Of a stretch of 64,000 nucleotides of DNA, positions 39,531 through 49,308 are shown in pieces. This DNA is from a virus, in the IMG/VR virus record IMGVR_UViG_3300017914_002709, positions 20,698 through 84,697 of that record; one strand, 5' to 3'. Made by a program: the position numbers and the translations under genes. The notes below the pieces were generated by a model. The model was not told the DNA's origin. It saw only the letters and a program-made list of their open reading frames with translations, and did not search any database. The first letter of the stretch is position 1. The number at the start of each line of letters is the position of its first letter.

Positions 39531-40573
39531 TATATACAAATTGGGATCCTTGCAACGATATATCAATGTTTGGATTGACACGATTACCGTTTGACGAATG
39601 GCAAGGAGACCATACATACCTATATGCACTTGATTATAGATACAATCTACAATATGATAAATTAAAATTAGGTCATAACGAAAACGTTATATTACTACTA
39701 GACGATACACTTGAAGGATACAGTCTTTCAAGTTTTAAAAGGGTTCAGCGTATTGTAAAAGAAGAAAAATTACCACGTGTAATTTATGCTTCATCTCATC
39801 TTGATGCAGTGCAAGAATACGACAAATGGTTGCAAAACAACACCAGCAACTTTTATGTTTATGCTATGAATGGTTGGTATTGGAGATTTCGAGACTGGAC
39901 AATTGATTGTGCAGAAGAAAATAAAATAGATAAAACTAGATGGTTTTGCTGCTTACAAAACAGACATAGATATCATAGAGGTGCAGCAATGCTATACTTA
40001 AATCATTTAGATTTAATAGAACAAGGCATATGCACTGCTAATTATAAAAATATCAAACAAATTTTTGATATAAATCGTTTTTCTAAAGAATCTATGTTGC
40101 AAAAACAATTACAATTGTTAGAAAACAAATTACCTATGAGTGCAGACATTTTATATGATGGATACAACGATAGTTCCAGTCCTATGGATTTGTCAAGTCA
40201 AATATATGATGATACATTGATAAATCTTGTTACAGAAACTTTCTATGATACAAATGCATTTAATCAAGTTAGTGAAATGTTTATTACAGAAAAAACATAC
40301 AAACCTTTTGTCGCATATCAATTACCTATTATAATAGGTCCACAAGGTATAGTAAAAAAACTTAGAGAAATTGGTTTTGATATGTTTGATGATATAATCG
40401 ATAACAGTTATGATGAATTAGATGATAAACATAGAGTGTTTGGTGCAATTGACAGTTTGCATAAATTAATGCATAATAACATAGTAAACTTAAATAATTC
40501 TACACGTAAAAGAAGAATCAAGAATAGAAAAAAATACCTCAAAGGTATGTTTAAAGAAAAGAAGATAGTATGA
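39509..40573 (+). CDS. Glycosyltransferase-like protein (GT10/GT-B-like)
   Basis: NLVTET...ITEKTYKPF...LREIGFDMFDDIIDNSYD. Confidence 0.5.
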   Translation: METNNQIVYTNWDPCNDISMFGLTRLPFDEWQGDHTYLYALDYRYNLQYDKLKLGHNENVILLLDDTLEGYSLSSFKRVQRIVKEEKLPRVIYASSHLDAVQEYDKWLQNNTSNFYVYAMNGWYWRFRDWTIDCAEENKIDKTRWFCCLQNRHRYHRGAAMLYLNHLDLIEQGICTANYKNIKQIFDINRFSKESMLQKQLQLLENKLPMSADILYDGYNDSSSPMDLSSQIYDDTLINLVTETFYDTNAFNQVSEMFITEKTYKPFVAYQLPIIIGPQGIVKKLREIGFDMFDDIIDNSYDELDDKHRVFGAIDSLHKLMHNNIVNLNNSTRKRRIKNRKKYLKGMFKEKKIV

Positions 40574-41178
40574 AGGTTGATTTAAACGATATAGCATTTT
40601 GGATGGATGCAATTAGAAACAACGAAGACCATTTTGGTGTGCTTGAAAGTTTTTGGAAAGGTCAACTTCAAAGCAAGCAATGGTTAATTGAATGCTTATC
40701 ACGAGTAGTAGAAACAGATAAACAAAATAAAATTGTAATACACGGCGGTTGGAACGGTGTACTATCTAGTCTACTATTCAACAGTAATATTCCTATTCGA
40801 AGCATACGCAGTGTGGACATTGATCCTGCTTGTGAAGAAGTAGCAAATATGGTTTGCAAGCGTCAAGAAATGGCAGGATTATTTACAGCTATTACAGAAG
40901 ACATGTGTACATATCAGTATGATGTTCGCCCAGATATTGTAATTAATACCAGCACGGAACACATTACACAAGAGCAATATAACATTTGGTTTGACAATAT
41001 ACCCGAAGGCACACTAGTAGTAGTGCAAAACAATGATTACGAATCAGTGCCTGATCATATACGTTGTTTTAGTAATCAACGTAATTTTAAACGTTCAACT
41101 GGACTTGTAGATATAGTGTTAAAAGAAACACTACAACTTCCTCTGTACAATAGATTCCTTGTGATTGGTAAAAAATGA
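40570..41178 (+). CDS. Class I SAM-dependent methyltransferase
   Basis: IHGGWNG motif I, SVDID, INTSTEH; paralogous to the C-terminus of 58267. Confidence 0.75.
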   Translation: MKVDLNDIAFWMDAIRNNEDHFGVLESFWKGQLQSKQWLIECLSRVVETDKQNKIVIHGGWNGVLSSLLFNSNIPIRSIRSVDIDPACEEVANMVCKRQEMAGLFTAITEDMCTYQYDVRPDIVINTSTEHITQEQYNIWFDNIPEGTLVVVQNNDYESVPDHIRCFSNQRNFKRSTGLVDIVLKETLQLPLYNRFLVIGKK

Positions 41179-42557
41179 GTGTAAAATCTTTTATTGATTT
41201 ATTTCAAAGTTCACTTGAAGACAAAGCAACACCAAGTTTTTGTGTCCTGCCTTGGATTCATATGGCTACCAGACCCAATGGCGATATGCGATTATGTTGT
41301 AGTGCAAACGCCAGTGGTGCAGGCGACGATCACACAGTTGGTTTAGTAAAGGATAAAGGACAAGTTGTAAATTTCAGTAATGTCACACCCTTAGAAGCAT
41401 GGAACAGTGATTACATGCGGTATACTAGACGCACAATGATGGAAGGTAAAGTTCCTGCAAGTTGTACAAAGTGTTTTGAAGAAGAATCAAAAGGTGTAGT
41501 AAGCAAGCGTATGTGGGAAACTAGCACCTGGATGGAACGTGGTGTTGATATTGTAGACTTGTTAAATGAAACACGCAAAGATGGCACTGTTGACGAAAAT
41601 ATAAAATATCTTGATCTGCGTCTAGGACATACTTGTAATATTAAATGTGTTATGTGTTCACCTCATGATAGCAGCAAGTGGGTTAAAGACTGGAAAGTAT
41701 TGGAACCGCAATTAGAAGATGCTGAAGTCAAACGGCAAATGCAATGGGACAAAACTGCATTTAATAACAAGTGGCACGAAAACGAAATTTTTTGGGACCA
41801 GTTGTATAAACAAATTCCAAATCTACAGGAAGTTTACTTTGCAGGTGGCGAACCACTGATGATTGCCGAACATAAAAAGTTCATTGAGGAAATTGTACGC
41901 AGTGGACATAACAAACACATAAGATTACGTTATAACACAAATGGTATTCTTGTAGATGAAGAACTTATTGATTTATGGAAAAACTTTGAACTTGTAAAAG
42001 TTGGTGTAAGCATGGATGCAGCAGGACCTCGTAACAATTATATACGCTATCCTACCGATTGGGATATTGTTGAACGCAACTTGCATATGTTAGATAATAC
42101 TCCTGACAACATACGTCCTAGTATTGCTACTGCATTGCAAATTTTTAATATCAAACATTTACCTGATTTTGTACATTGGAAAGTGACAAGTAATTTTAGA
42201 AAAGTAAACACAGAAGAAATCCGTGGTATACGTGCAGGCGGCGGCCTAATGAATATGCATTTGTTGTATATTCCGACTTTTTTAAGTATACAAATATTGC
42301 CAGAAGAAGATAAGCAAGAAATACGTGAGTTGTTTGGCAATTTCAAAGGTTGGCTTGAACAATGGCACAAAACTGATTCAAGTTTTTTTACAACTAATCC
42401 TTATGGTTGGCGCAGATGGGAAGCAGTATTAAATCACATGGATTCAAAAGACAACAGTCATTTATTGCCAGGATTCAAAGAGTATGTTACAAAACTAGAC
42501 GCTATTAGAGGAGTGAGTGCAAAGGACATATTTCCTGAACTAGCACATTTATTATGA
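41175..42557 (+). CDS. Radical SAM enzyme, subfamily A
   Basis: FCVLPW...LCC...CTKC, CNIKCVMC, AGGEPL, FPEL; closest to 60628. Confidence 0.9.
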   Translation: MSVKSFIDLFQSSLEDKATPSFCVLPWIHMATRPNGDMRLCCSANASGAGDDHTVGLVKDKGQVVNFSNVTPLEAWNSDYMRYTRRTMMEGKVPASCTKCFEEESKGVVSKRMWETSTWMERGVDIVDLLNETRKDGTVDENIKYLDLRLGHTCNIKCVMCSPHDSSKWVKDWKVLEPQLEDAEVKRQMQWDKTAFNNKWHENEIFWDQLYKQIPNLQEVYFAGGEPLMIAEHKKFIEEIVRSGHNKHIRLRYNTNGILVDEELIDLWKNFELVKVGVSMDAAGPRNNYIRYPTDWDIVERNLHMLDNTPDNIRPSIATALQIFNIKHLPDFVHWKVTSNFRKVNTEEIRGIRAGGGLMNMHLLYIPTFLSIQILPEEDKQEIRELFGNFKGWLEQWHKTDSSFFTTNPYGWRRWEAVLNHMDSKDNSHLLPGFKEYVTKLDAIRGVSAKDIFPELAHLL

Positions 42558-43468
42558 TACGCAGTATAAAAAATTTAGACACAGATTTTATTGTTGAGCT
42601 TGAATTAGGTAATGTTTGTAACTTCAAATGCAGTTATTGCTTTCCTGGTGCAAATACTGGTGACAACTTATGGCCTGATGCGGATAAACTTGCAAATGCA
42701 TTGCTTAATTATTTGAAAGTGCATAATCGTCGTACAAGATTATACATTCTTGGAGGCGAAACTACATTATGGAAAGATTTGCCAAAGTTTTGTAAAATTC
42801 TCAAAGATAATCACGATGTGATAATCAGTATCAGTACAAATGCTAGTAAAAGTCTACGTTGGTGGAATCAATATGCAGATTGTTTTGATGTCATACACAT
42901 TAGCTTACATCCCGAAGAAGCTGACATTGATCATACAATTAGTGTTGCAGATTTATTGTATGAAAAAGATATTGAAACAAATGTTGATATTCTTATGAGT
43001 CCTACAGATTTTGATAACTGTATAAAACTTGTTGATAAAGTGCAAAAAAGTAAAAATAAATTTCCTATCATTGCAAAAACTGTTTTGATTGATGGTGCAC
43101 ATAATTACAACGAACAGCAATTAGATTATATGCAAGATCCTATCAAGCGTATTCCTGATATGAAATGGTATGATCGTGTGCGTAAAAAAGCAAGAACAAC
43201 CATGCTTGTAGATAACAAGATTGTATACAATGACAATTATTTTGTGTTAAATGATTTAAATCATTTTAAAGGATGGGTATGTCATTTAGGTGTAGACATT
43301 GTTAAAATAGATCATAAAGGAAATGTCAAAGGAAATTGTGGCCAATTGGTAAATCAAAATATATATACAGATAAATTTTTTACCATTGAACCTGTTATAT
43401 GTGAACAAGATACATGTTATTGCAGCGGAGAAATGTGCACAACAAAATGGTTACCTTATGAATTTTGA
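42554..43468 (+). CDS. Radical SAM enzyme, subfamily B
   Basis: CNFKCSYC, GGET, GWVC...NCG...CEQDTCYC. Confidence 0.9.
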   Translation: MIRSIKNLDTDFIVELELGNVCNFKCSYCFPGANTGDNLWPDADKLANALLNYLKVHNRRTRLYILGGETTLWKDLPKFCKILKDNHDVIISISTNASKSLRWWNQYADCFDVIHISLHPEEADIDHTISVADLLYEKDIETNVDILMSPTDFDNCIKLVDKVQKSKNKFPIIAKTVLIDGAHNYNEQQLDYMQDPIKRIPDMKWYDRVRKKARTTMLVDNKIVYNDNYFVLNDLNHFKGWVCHLGVDIVKIDHKGNVKGNCGQLVNQNIYTDKFFTIEPVICEQDTCYCSGEMCTTKWLPYEF

Positions 43469-44498
43469 TACACTGCATCCTTATACAAAAAATATATTTC
43501 AAGTTGCTTGGGAAAGTACCTTAAAATGCAATTTAGATTGTACATATTGTGGTGACGGACATGATAACAGCACACAGCACCCGCCATTGGCAAACTCTCT
43601 TAATACTGTTGATTTTATACTAGAATATCTACATCGTAAAAATGTACAAAAAGGCAATTTAAACATACAAGGTGGAGAAAGTTTATTTCATCCTAGCATA
43701 ATTCATATACTCAAATACATTGATAATAAAAAGCAAGAATATGATTATTATCTAGGTGTGAGTTTTATTACTAATGCAGTTGTTGGAAAAAATTTATGGA
43801 GTAGAGTTTGTGATTACACAGATTTTATGACTGTGAGTTTTCATGCAGAAGCAACTAGTAAACAGCACGAATTAATAAAACAAAATATCTTATATCTAAA
43901 AGAAAAAGGAAAAAACTTTCATGTTGCAATAATGATGCACCCAAAATATTGGCAAATTTGTACAGACATGCTAGATTGGTGTAGGATAAACGAAATAAAA
44001 TGTGTACCTAGACAAATTGATCATCATTGGCTAGACATGAGGTTTAACTACAATGCTGAACAAACTGAATTTTTATTAGGCAGGAAAGTCACAACCAAGG
44101 ATAAAATTGCTTACGCATTTGTTAAAGGACTAAATTTAAGTGCAGAAGGACGCAGTTGTTGTAGTAAAAAAGACTTGTGTGCAAGTGGATGTATGACAAA
44201 TTATGTAAACAACAAATTCAAAGGTTGGACTTGTAGTGTTGCAGACAATTTTTTGTATATAAGACAGAATACAGGAGAAGTATTTACAAATAAAGATTGT
44301 AAAATGAACTACAACAACAAAGTTGGTCCAATCGGTAATTTATCAGATACCAAAAGCATTTTTAATACTATGCATAGTAATGGCATTGTATGTAAAAAAA
44401 GCAGTTGTTGGTGTGGATTATGTGCTCCTAAAGCAAAAACAAAGGAACAGTTTAATGCCATGATGGCAAATTTAAAGAATTATACTCAGTCAGAGTAA
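43458..44498 (+). CDS. Radical SAM enzyme, subfamily B
   Basis: CNLDCTYC, QGGES, GWTC...KDC...CKKSSCWCGLC; start moved from 43386 to ATG 43458. Confidence 0.9.
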   Translation: MNFDTLHPYTKNIFQVAWESTLKCNLDCTYCGDGHDNSTQHPPLANSLNTVDFILEYLHRKNVQKGNLNIQGGESLFHPSIIHILKYIDNKKQEYDYYLGVSFITNAVVGKNLWSRVCDYTDFMTVSFHAEATSKQHELIKQNILYLKEKGKNFHVAIMMHPKYWQICTDMLDWCRINEIKCVPRQIDHHWLDMRFNYNAEQTEFLLGRKVTTKDKIAYAFVKGLNLSAEGRSCCSKKDLCASGCMTNYVNNKFKGWTCSVADNFLYIRQNTGEVFTNKDCKMNYNNKVGPIGNLSDTKSIFNTMHSNGIVCKKSSCWCGLCAPKAKTKEQFNAMMANLKNYTQSE

Positions 44499-45597
44499 GA
44501 TCCTTTGCTTTTTGGTTAACATAAGAATATGTGCAAATGCCTTCGGCTGCACGTTGATCAAATAACACTGTTGCATCAGGCACCTTTTCTTTCAATAGTT
44601 GAATCAATAAGTTTTCTTGTTGCACTCTGTATTTTAAGCTGTATAAGCCTGCTGTTCCTTCGTAGCAAAATATATTACTACAATCAACAACAGTTTGGGA
44701 TTGGTCCGTATTAGGAATGAAGTCTACAAACTTTTTAGGATCATTTATAATGTCACAATGAAATCCGCCTCCAACACTTTCCAATGCTGCAATATTATAA
44801 TCATAGAACATAACATTTTCAGCAGGTCCACGTTGTATAGCAGTATGAGTATTTGCAGGAGTAATTAGATTTACTATGTTATCTGGACGTGTATAATTAG
44901 CGGCATCACCAGTTGCGCTAGAATGCACATGTTGAGTTAAACAATAGTTGTATTTCTGATATACATACTGTGTGGTATTGCCTTCGGGATAGAGAAAAAA
45001 TTTACCATTTCTCACCGATTCTTCATAAGATACAATTGGAAAATTTTCTTTAAGTGTTGCTGAGATTAAATTCCATCCTGGCAACTTGTGCTTGTAATTT
45101 ACAATAAATTTACCCTGGCTAATCCAAAATGGCAAATATTCGTCGTGAATACTTTCTGTTGATCTATTTGGTTCTCTTTGTTCGTGAAATACAAAAGGTT
45201 CTGATTTGCCAAACACAGGACGGTTCATCATATTGTAATTTATCAAATTTATACTGAAGCACTGGGGATGTAATCCGTAGTATGCATCACCGCCATCTAA
45301 AATATGCCCTAGTAATACAAAATATGCAGGATGATTGTCAAAAAAATCATTACCATTTATAAATTCAGTGCCCATACTGATTACTACAGCAGATTCGTAT
45401 TCTGCATCAGCAACAGTGTTTAACAATTTATCAATGTCTTTATCTTCGTATACGTCATATCCTATACCTGTTAGATTACTAATAGTATAATCTGCACGAT
45501 TCTTAACAATATCTTTGTCGTTTGTATAGGAATGTAAATCGTTTACAATACAAACACACATACTGTGCGAATTAAATTTGGCGCTGTACTTGTTCAT
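44452..45597 (-). CDS. Hypothetical protein (possible GT-like plus Rossmann-like fusion)
   Basis: GHILDGGDAYYGLHPQCFSINL core; C-terminal VMFYDYN...VDCSNIF; start uncertain (45621, 45597 or 45561). Confidence 0.5.
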   Translation of the reverse strand: MNKYSAKFNSHSMCVCIVNDLHSYTNDKDIVKNRADYTISNLTGIGYDVYEDKDIDKLLNTVADAEYESAVVISMGTEFINGNDFFDNHPAYFVLLGHILDGGDAYYGLHPQCFSINLINYNMMNRPVFGKSEPFVFHEQREPNRSTESIHDEYLPFWISQGKFIVNYKHKLPGWNLISATLKENFPIVSYEESVRNGKFFLYPEGNTTQYVYQKYNYCLTQHVHSSATGDAANYTRPDNIVNLITPANTHTAIQRGPAENVMFYDYNIAALESVGGGFHCDIINDPKKFVDFIPNTDQSQTVVDCSNIFCYEGTAGLYSLKYRVQQENLLIQLLKEKVPDATVLFDQRAAEGICTYSYVNQKAKDLTLTEYNSLNLPSWH

Positions 45598-46321
45598 GTT
45601 GTTTATTATAGCTTTCAACAAGAAGTTTGCAAAACTCTTGTTTTCTATTTCCTAGATAGCAGTGTGCAATAATATGTGTTCTTGGTTTGTCACTGCAATT
45701 TATAACGCTGTGATTGTTTAAAATATTCACTATAAATATTTTACCACTTTTAAATGGCACACATCCTTGTCCTTTCAGTGTCATATAACAGTTGTTAGGA
45801 TGATCTACAGCAATATTGAGAGGTAATGGCATGTCTAGTATATTATCCATATCAATGATAGGATTATAATCGTTGTGTTCATTGATCCATCCATTTGCTG
45901 CAAGACGCATAAATCTGATACGTGCAAAACTTTCAGCAGGAAACACGCTATCAAAAAACAATCTAATTGCTTTTGTACGTTTTCCTAAATTCGTCCAATT
46001 GTAATCTGGTTCTTTATCATATCCATATGTTTGCCACACATTTGTTTTATCTGTATCAATTCCATGTATAGCACAGCTATCCCATCCTTGGTGTGTGCCT
46101 TCGCCGCTAGTCACATCTCGGTGACTGACATAGTATTGTTCTGCAATTTCTGCTTCTTGTTTCCATCTTGTAGTTGGAAACATGGCATTTATTTCTATCC
46201 AATGATAACCATTGCCTTGCAAAATCCATTTTGCTTGTTCTTCTAATGACAAATCCGGTAGTGGACGACTATCTAATTGCACATCTTTGTATTTTTTGTA
46301 GAACTTTAGCGCATCATTCAT
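45572..46321 (-). CDS. Fe(II)/2OG-dependent oxygenase (Asp/Asn beta-hydroxylase-like)
   Basis: RIRFMRLAANGWINEHND (HxD), NNHSVIN...PRTHII. Confidence 0.75.
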   Translation of the reverse strand: MNDALKFYKKYKDVQLDSRPLPDLSLEEQAKWILQGNGYHWIEINAMFPTTRWKQEAEIAEQYYVSHRDVTSGEGTHQGWDSCAIHGIDTDKTNVWQTYGYDKEPDYNWTNLGKRTKAIRLFFDSVFPAESFARIRFMRLAANGWINEHNDYNPIIDMDNILDMPLPLNIAVDHPNNCYMTLKGQGCVPFKSGKIFIVNILNNHSVINCSDKPRTHIIAHCYLGNRKQEFCKLLVESYNKQHEQVQRQI

Positions 46322-46325
46322 GTTA

Positions 46326-46355
46326 TATTTAGTTCATTATATACGCATATAAATA
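46326..46355. promoter_or_regulatory. Back-to-back late-type promoters, each 4 nt before a start codon
   Basis: - TAAATA (46331-46326) N4 ATG 46321; + TATAAATA (46348-46355) N4 GTG 46360. Confidence 0.7.
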
Positions 46356-46359
46356 AAAA

Positions 46360-47406
46360 GTGTTTAGTTTTACAGAATTACAAAGTGTCCATATTGAAAT
46401 AAGCAACAGATGTCAAGCACGGTGTCCTATGTGCAGTAGGAATCACCATGGAGGTATTGATAATCCTTTGCTGCAAGAAAGCGATTGGACAATAGAAGAA
46501 TTTATACAAATATTTTCAAAGGAAGTCAAACAACAAATCAACAAAATTACATTTTGTGGAAATTTTGGAGATCCTTTATTAAATTTTCACTTGGTGAAAA
46601 TGTTAAATTACGTAAAAGACGACAACATATACGTAGATATTCACACTAATGGAAGTTTACGTAATGAAAAATTTTGGAAAGAATTACCTAAACATTTACC
46701 GCTTGAGCACAAAGTTGTATTTGCACTTGACGGATTAGCCGATACTCACAAGCGTTATAGAATTGGTACTGATTATAATAAAATTATCAATAATGCTAGA
46801 GCATTTATAAATGCTGGAGGCACTGCTGAATGGAGTATGATACGTTTCAAACACAATGCAGAGCAAGTTCAAGCAGCAAAAGAAGTAAGCAAGTATTATG
46901 GCTTTAAATATTTTACTGTAAAAGACAGCAGTAGATTTGCATTAGAAGACAAGTTTGATGTAAAAAACAACTTAGGACAGGTAATAGATACACTTGAACC
47001 CTACGAACCTCAACCTACGATAGATTTATCTGATATACCTGCACTTGTCGAAAAAAGTGTTATTGATTGTTGGGCAAAAAAACAATATGAAGTATATATT
47101 GATGCACATTTAGATTTAATGCCTTGTTGTTTCTTAGCAAGTATTCCTTATAATTGGCATACTAAGCAAGATCAGCTTTACGATACTAAAGAAAAAATTA
47201 AAAGTCAATACGAATTTTTGATAACAGATTTAGGAGACACAAATTTACGTAAACAAAGTATACGTGAAGTAATTAGTAAGCCAAGTTATACAAGTGTATG
47301 GAAACGGTATTGGACAACACAAAAATTATACACCTGTGCTAGGACCTGTGGACAACTTGCAGCACAACCTAGTCAACAAGTTGCCGAAACAAGCCAAGTG
47401 ACTTAG
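46360..47406 (+). CDS. Radical SAM enzyme, subfamily C (C-terminal twitch/SPASM)
   Basis: HIEISNRCQARCPMC, CGNFGDP, C-terminal DC...PCC...CARTC. Confidence 0.9.
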   Translation: MFSFTELQSVHIEISNRCQARCPMCSRNHHGGIDNPLLQESDWTIEEFIQIFSKEVKQQINKITFCGNFGDPLLNFHLVKMLNYVKDDNIYVDIHTNGSLRNEKFWKELPKHLPLEHKVVFALDGLADTHKRYRIGTDYNKIINNARAFINAGGTAEWSMIRFKHNAEQVQAAKEVSKYYGFKYFTVKDSSRFALEDKFDVKNNLGQVIDTLEPYEPQPTIDLSDIPALVEKSVIDCWAKKQYEVYIDAHLDLMPCCFLASIPYNWHTKQDQLYDTKEKIKSQYEFLITDLGDTNLRKQSIREVISKPSYTSVWKRYWTTQKLYTCARTCGQLAAQPSQQVAETSQVT

Positions 47407-48421
47407 CTTTTGGTACACACATTCCGCAACCACATCGATCGTGGGGACATTTAATAATGCTATTTCTATTTTCAAAAGCATAATTTAGTATGCCGTCTGG
47501 ATTACCTAAACGTCCAATTGGTCCTTTACGTCCACTAAAACTTGTTTGGCACGTCTGATGATGATAAACTTTTTGAGTGTGTTGGTCAATATGTAAGAAG
47601 TACCTATTTACACTGCAATACCAATCTTTAAAATTGGTGTTTACTGCTTCTACATTTTGCCAACAACCGTTACAACTGCCTTGAATACTTCTTGCACCAC
47701 AGCATCCTCTTGGTAATTCATATCCTTCGGTAATTTTTTCTACAATATCTGTGGGTAAACCTTTTTCTCGTAGATACCATTGTTGTTGTTCTAGTGTGTA
47801 AGGATGACTTGTTCTACGTTGCACGCCTTCTGTGTCTTCAAACCAGTCTGTTACACCTATATTTCCATCACCAATTATAGTAGGTTTGCTGTCAATACCG
47901 TGTGATTTAAGTTTTTCATGTACTTCCACACATTCATCCCAATGATCTGTGTGCATCATTACATTCACAGTTAGCCATAATCCTGCTTGTTTTACTAATA
48001 TTGCATTTTCCATAGTGCGTTCTTTGCTAAAAAGATTTGCTTCGGCATGATAACTCAGTGTTATACCTACAAAATTATCTTTAATAAAATCAATATGCTT
48101 TTCTGGCCATGTGCCATTACTGGTCATGCCAACTTGAAAATCAGTTTCTTTGTTTATTTTTTCTACAAAGTCCCAAAAGCGTGGATTTACAGTTGGCTCA
48201 CCTCCAGTAAATCCAATATTTGCTGTTGGTTGATTATATATTCCTGTATATTTTTTGATAAAATCTAAAGTGTCGCATAATTCAGTCCAACTCGTAGGAG
48301 GACTGTATGTATTATGCCGTGTGCTTTCACAATAGCTGCAATCAAAGTTACAGCGTCTGCCAATATCCCAGGTAACCATCATTGGTTCTGGGTTTGTTAG
48401 TTTGATTGCATCTACTTCCAT
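47369..48421 (-). CDS. Radical SAM enzyme, subfamily B
   Basis: CNFDCSYC, TGGEPT, WYC...QTC...CPHDRCGCGMC; closest to 43458; start moved to ATG 48421. Confidence 0.9.
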   Translation of the reverse strand: MEVDAIKLTNPEPMMVTWDIGRRCNFDCSYCESTRHNTYSPPTSWTELCDTLDFIKKYTGIYNQPTANIGFTGGEPTVNPRFWDFVEKINKETDFQVGMTSNGTWPEKHIDFIKDNFVGITLSYHAEANLFSKERTMENAILVKQAGLWLTVNVMMHTDHWDECVEVHEKLKSHGIDSKPTIIGDGNIGVTDWFEDTEGVQRRTSHPYTLEQQQWYLREKGLPTDIVEKITEGYELPRGCCGARSIQGSCNGCWQNVEAVNTNFKDWYCSVNRYFLHIDQHTQKVYHHQTCQTSFSGRKGPIGRLGNPDGILNYAFENRNSIIKCPHDRCGCGMCVPKAKSLGLFRQLVD

Positions 48422-49308
48422 TTGGTTATATTTACGTCTGCTGCACAAGTACACCATTCTCTTGTGCATACAACTTCCTTTTCTGGTAATTCAAATGTGT
48501 TATTGTATATATTGCCTAAACTGCCACCTACTCTACAAGTAGCTCTATGCACATCTCCATCCCAATTTATCATGAGACTTTCTAATCCTGCTTTGCACTT
48601 CCAACCTTTGAACTGATTTCTATGTTCTTTGATTATATCATTGGCATGTGCAAGTTCGTCACCGTCAATAAGTGTGTTTGGTTGTGCAGTTGCAGTGTTG
48701 TTTAGTATCCATTCAAGATCTTGTGGTTGATATTTTAAGTCATCAAACCAATCATGCTTTTCTGTCCATCTAATACGTCTTACTGTATAGTTGATACCAT
48801 GCTGTGTAAGAAATGTTGCAGCAGCTTTTAGCTCTTCCATATAATCATGATGTGCCATTAGTGCAATATGAAAGTCTTTTGGAAACTTTAGAGCTTCTAT
48901 ATTGGTTGCAAAATTTACAATGGTTTTTAATCTATCAGTGTATTTTGGATCTTCAAAGTGCAAACTGAAAACTATGTAATTTACAGGTATTCTCTCATAA
49001 AAATCAACAGTTCTAGTTGCATTTGTAGTAACACTCAGCCACTTTATTCTTGGTCTTGCATATTCCAGTAGTTGTTCAAAAGCAGGATGTACTGTAGGTT
49101 CTCCACCTGTGAAACTTATTCTTGCATTTTTGATTTGGGCTATTTGATCAACAGTGTCAAACAGTTTGCCAATGTTTGTATGCGGACTGTGCAAGTCGTG
49201 TATTTCAGGAGGACAATATGTGCAATCTAAATTACAACGTTTTCCCAAGTTCCATTCTATTTTTACACTATCTGCATAATGCGGCCAACGGTTTTCTACC
49301 TTAAACAT
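48412..49308 (-). CDS. Radical SAM enzyme, subfamily B
   Basis: CNLDCTYC, TGGEPT, GWKC...ATC...CTREWCTC. Confidence 0.9.
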   Translation of the reverse strand: MFKVENRWPHYADSVKIEWNLGKRCNLDCTYCPPEIHDLHSPHTNIGKLFDTVDQIAQIKNARISFTGGEPTVHPAFEQLLEYARPRIKWLSVTTNATRTVDFYERIPVNYIVFSLHFEDPKYTDRLKTIVNFATNIEALKFPKDFHIALMAHHDYMEELKAAATFLTQHGINYTVRRIRWTEKHDWFDDLKYQPQDLEWILNNTATAQPNTLIDGDELAHANDIIKEHRNQFKGWKCKAGLESLMINWDGDVHRATCRVGGSLGNIYNNTFELPEKEVVCTREWCTCAADVNITKWK

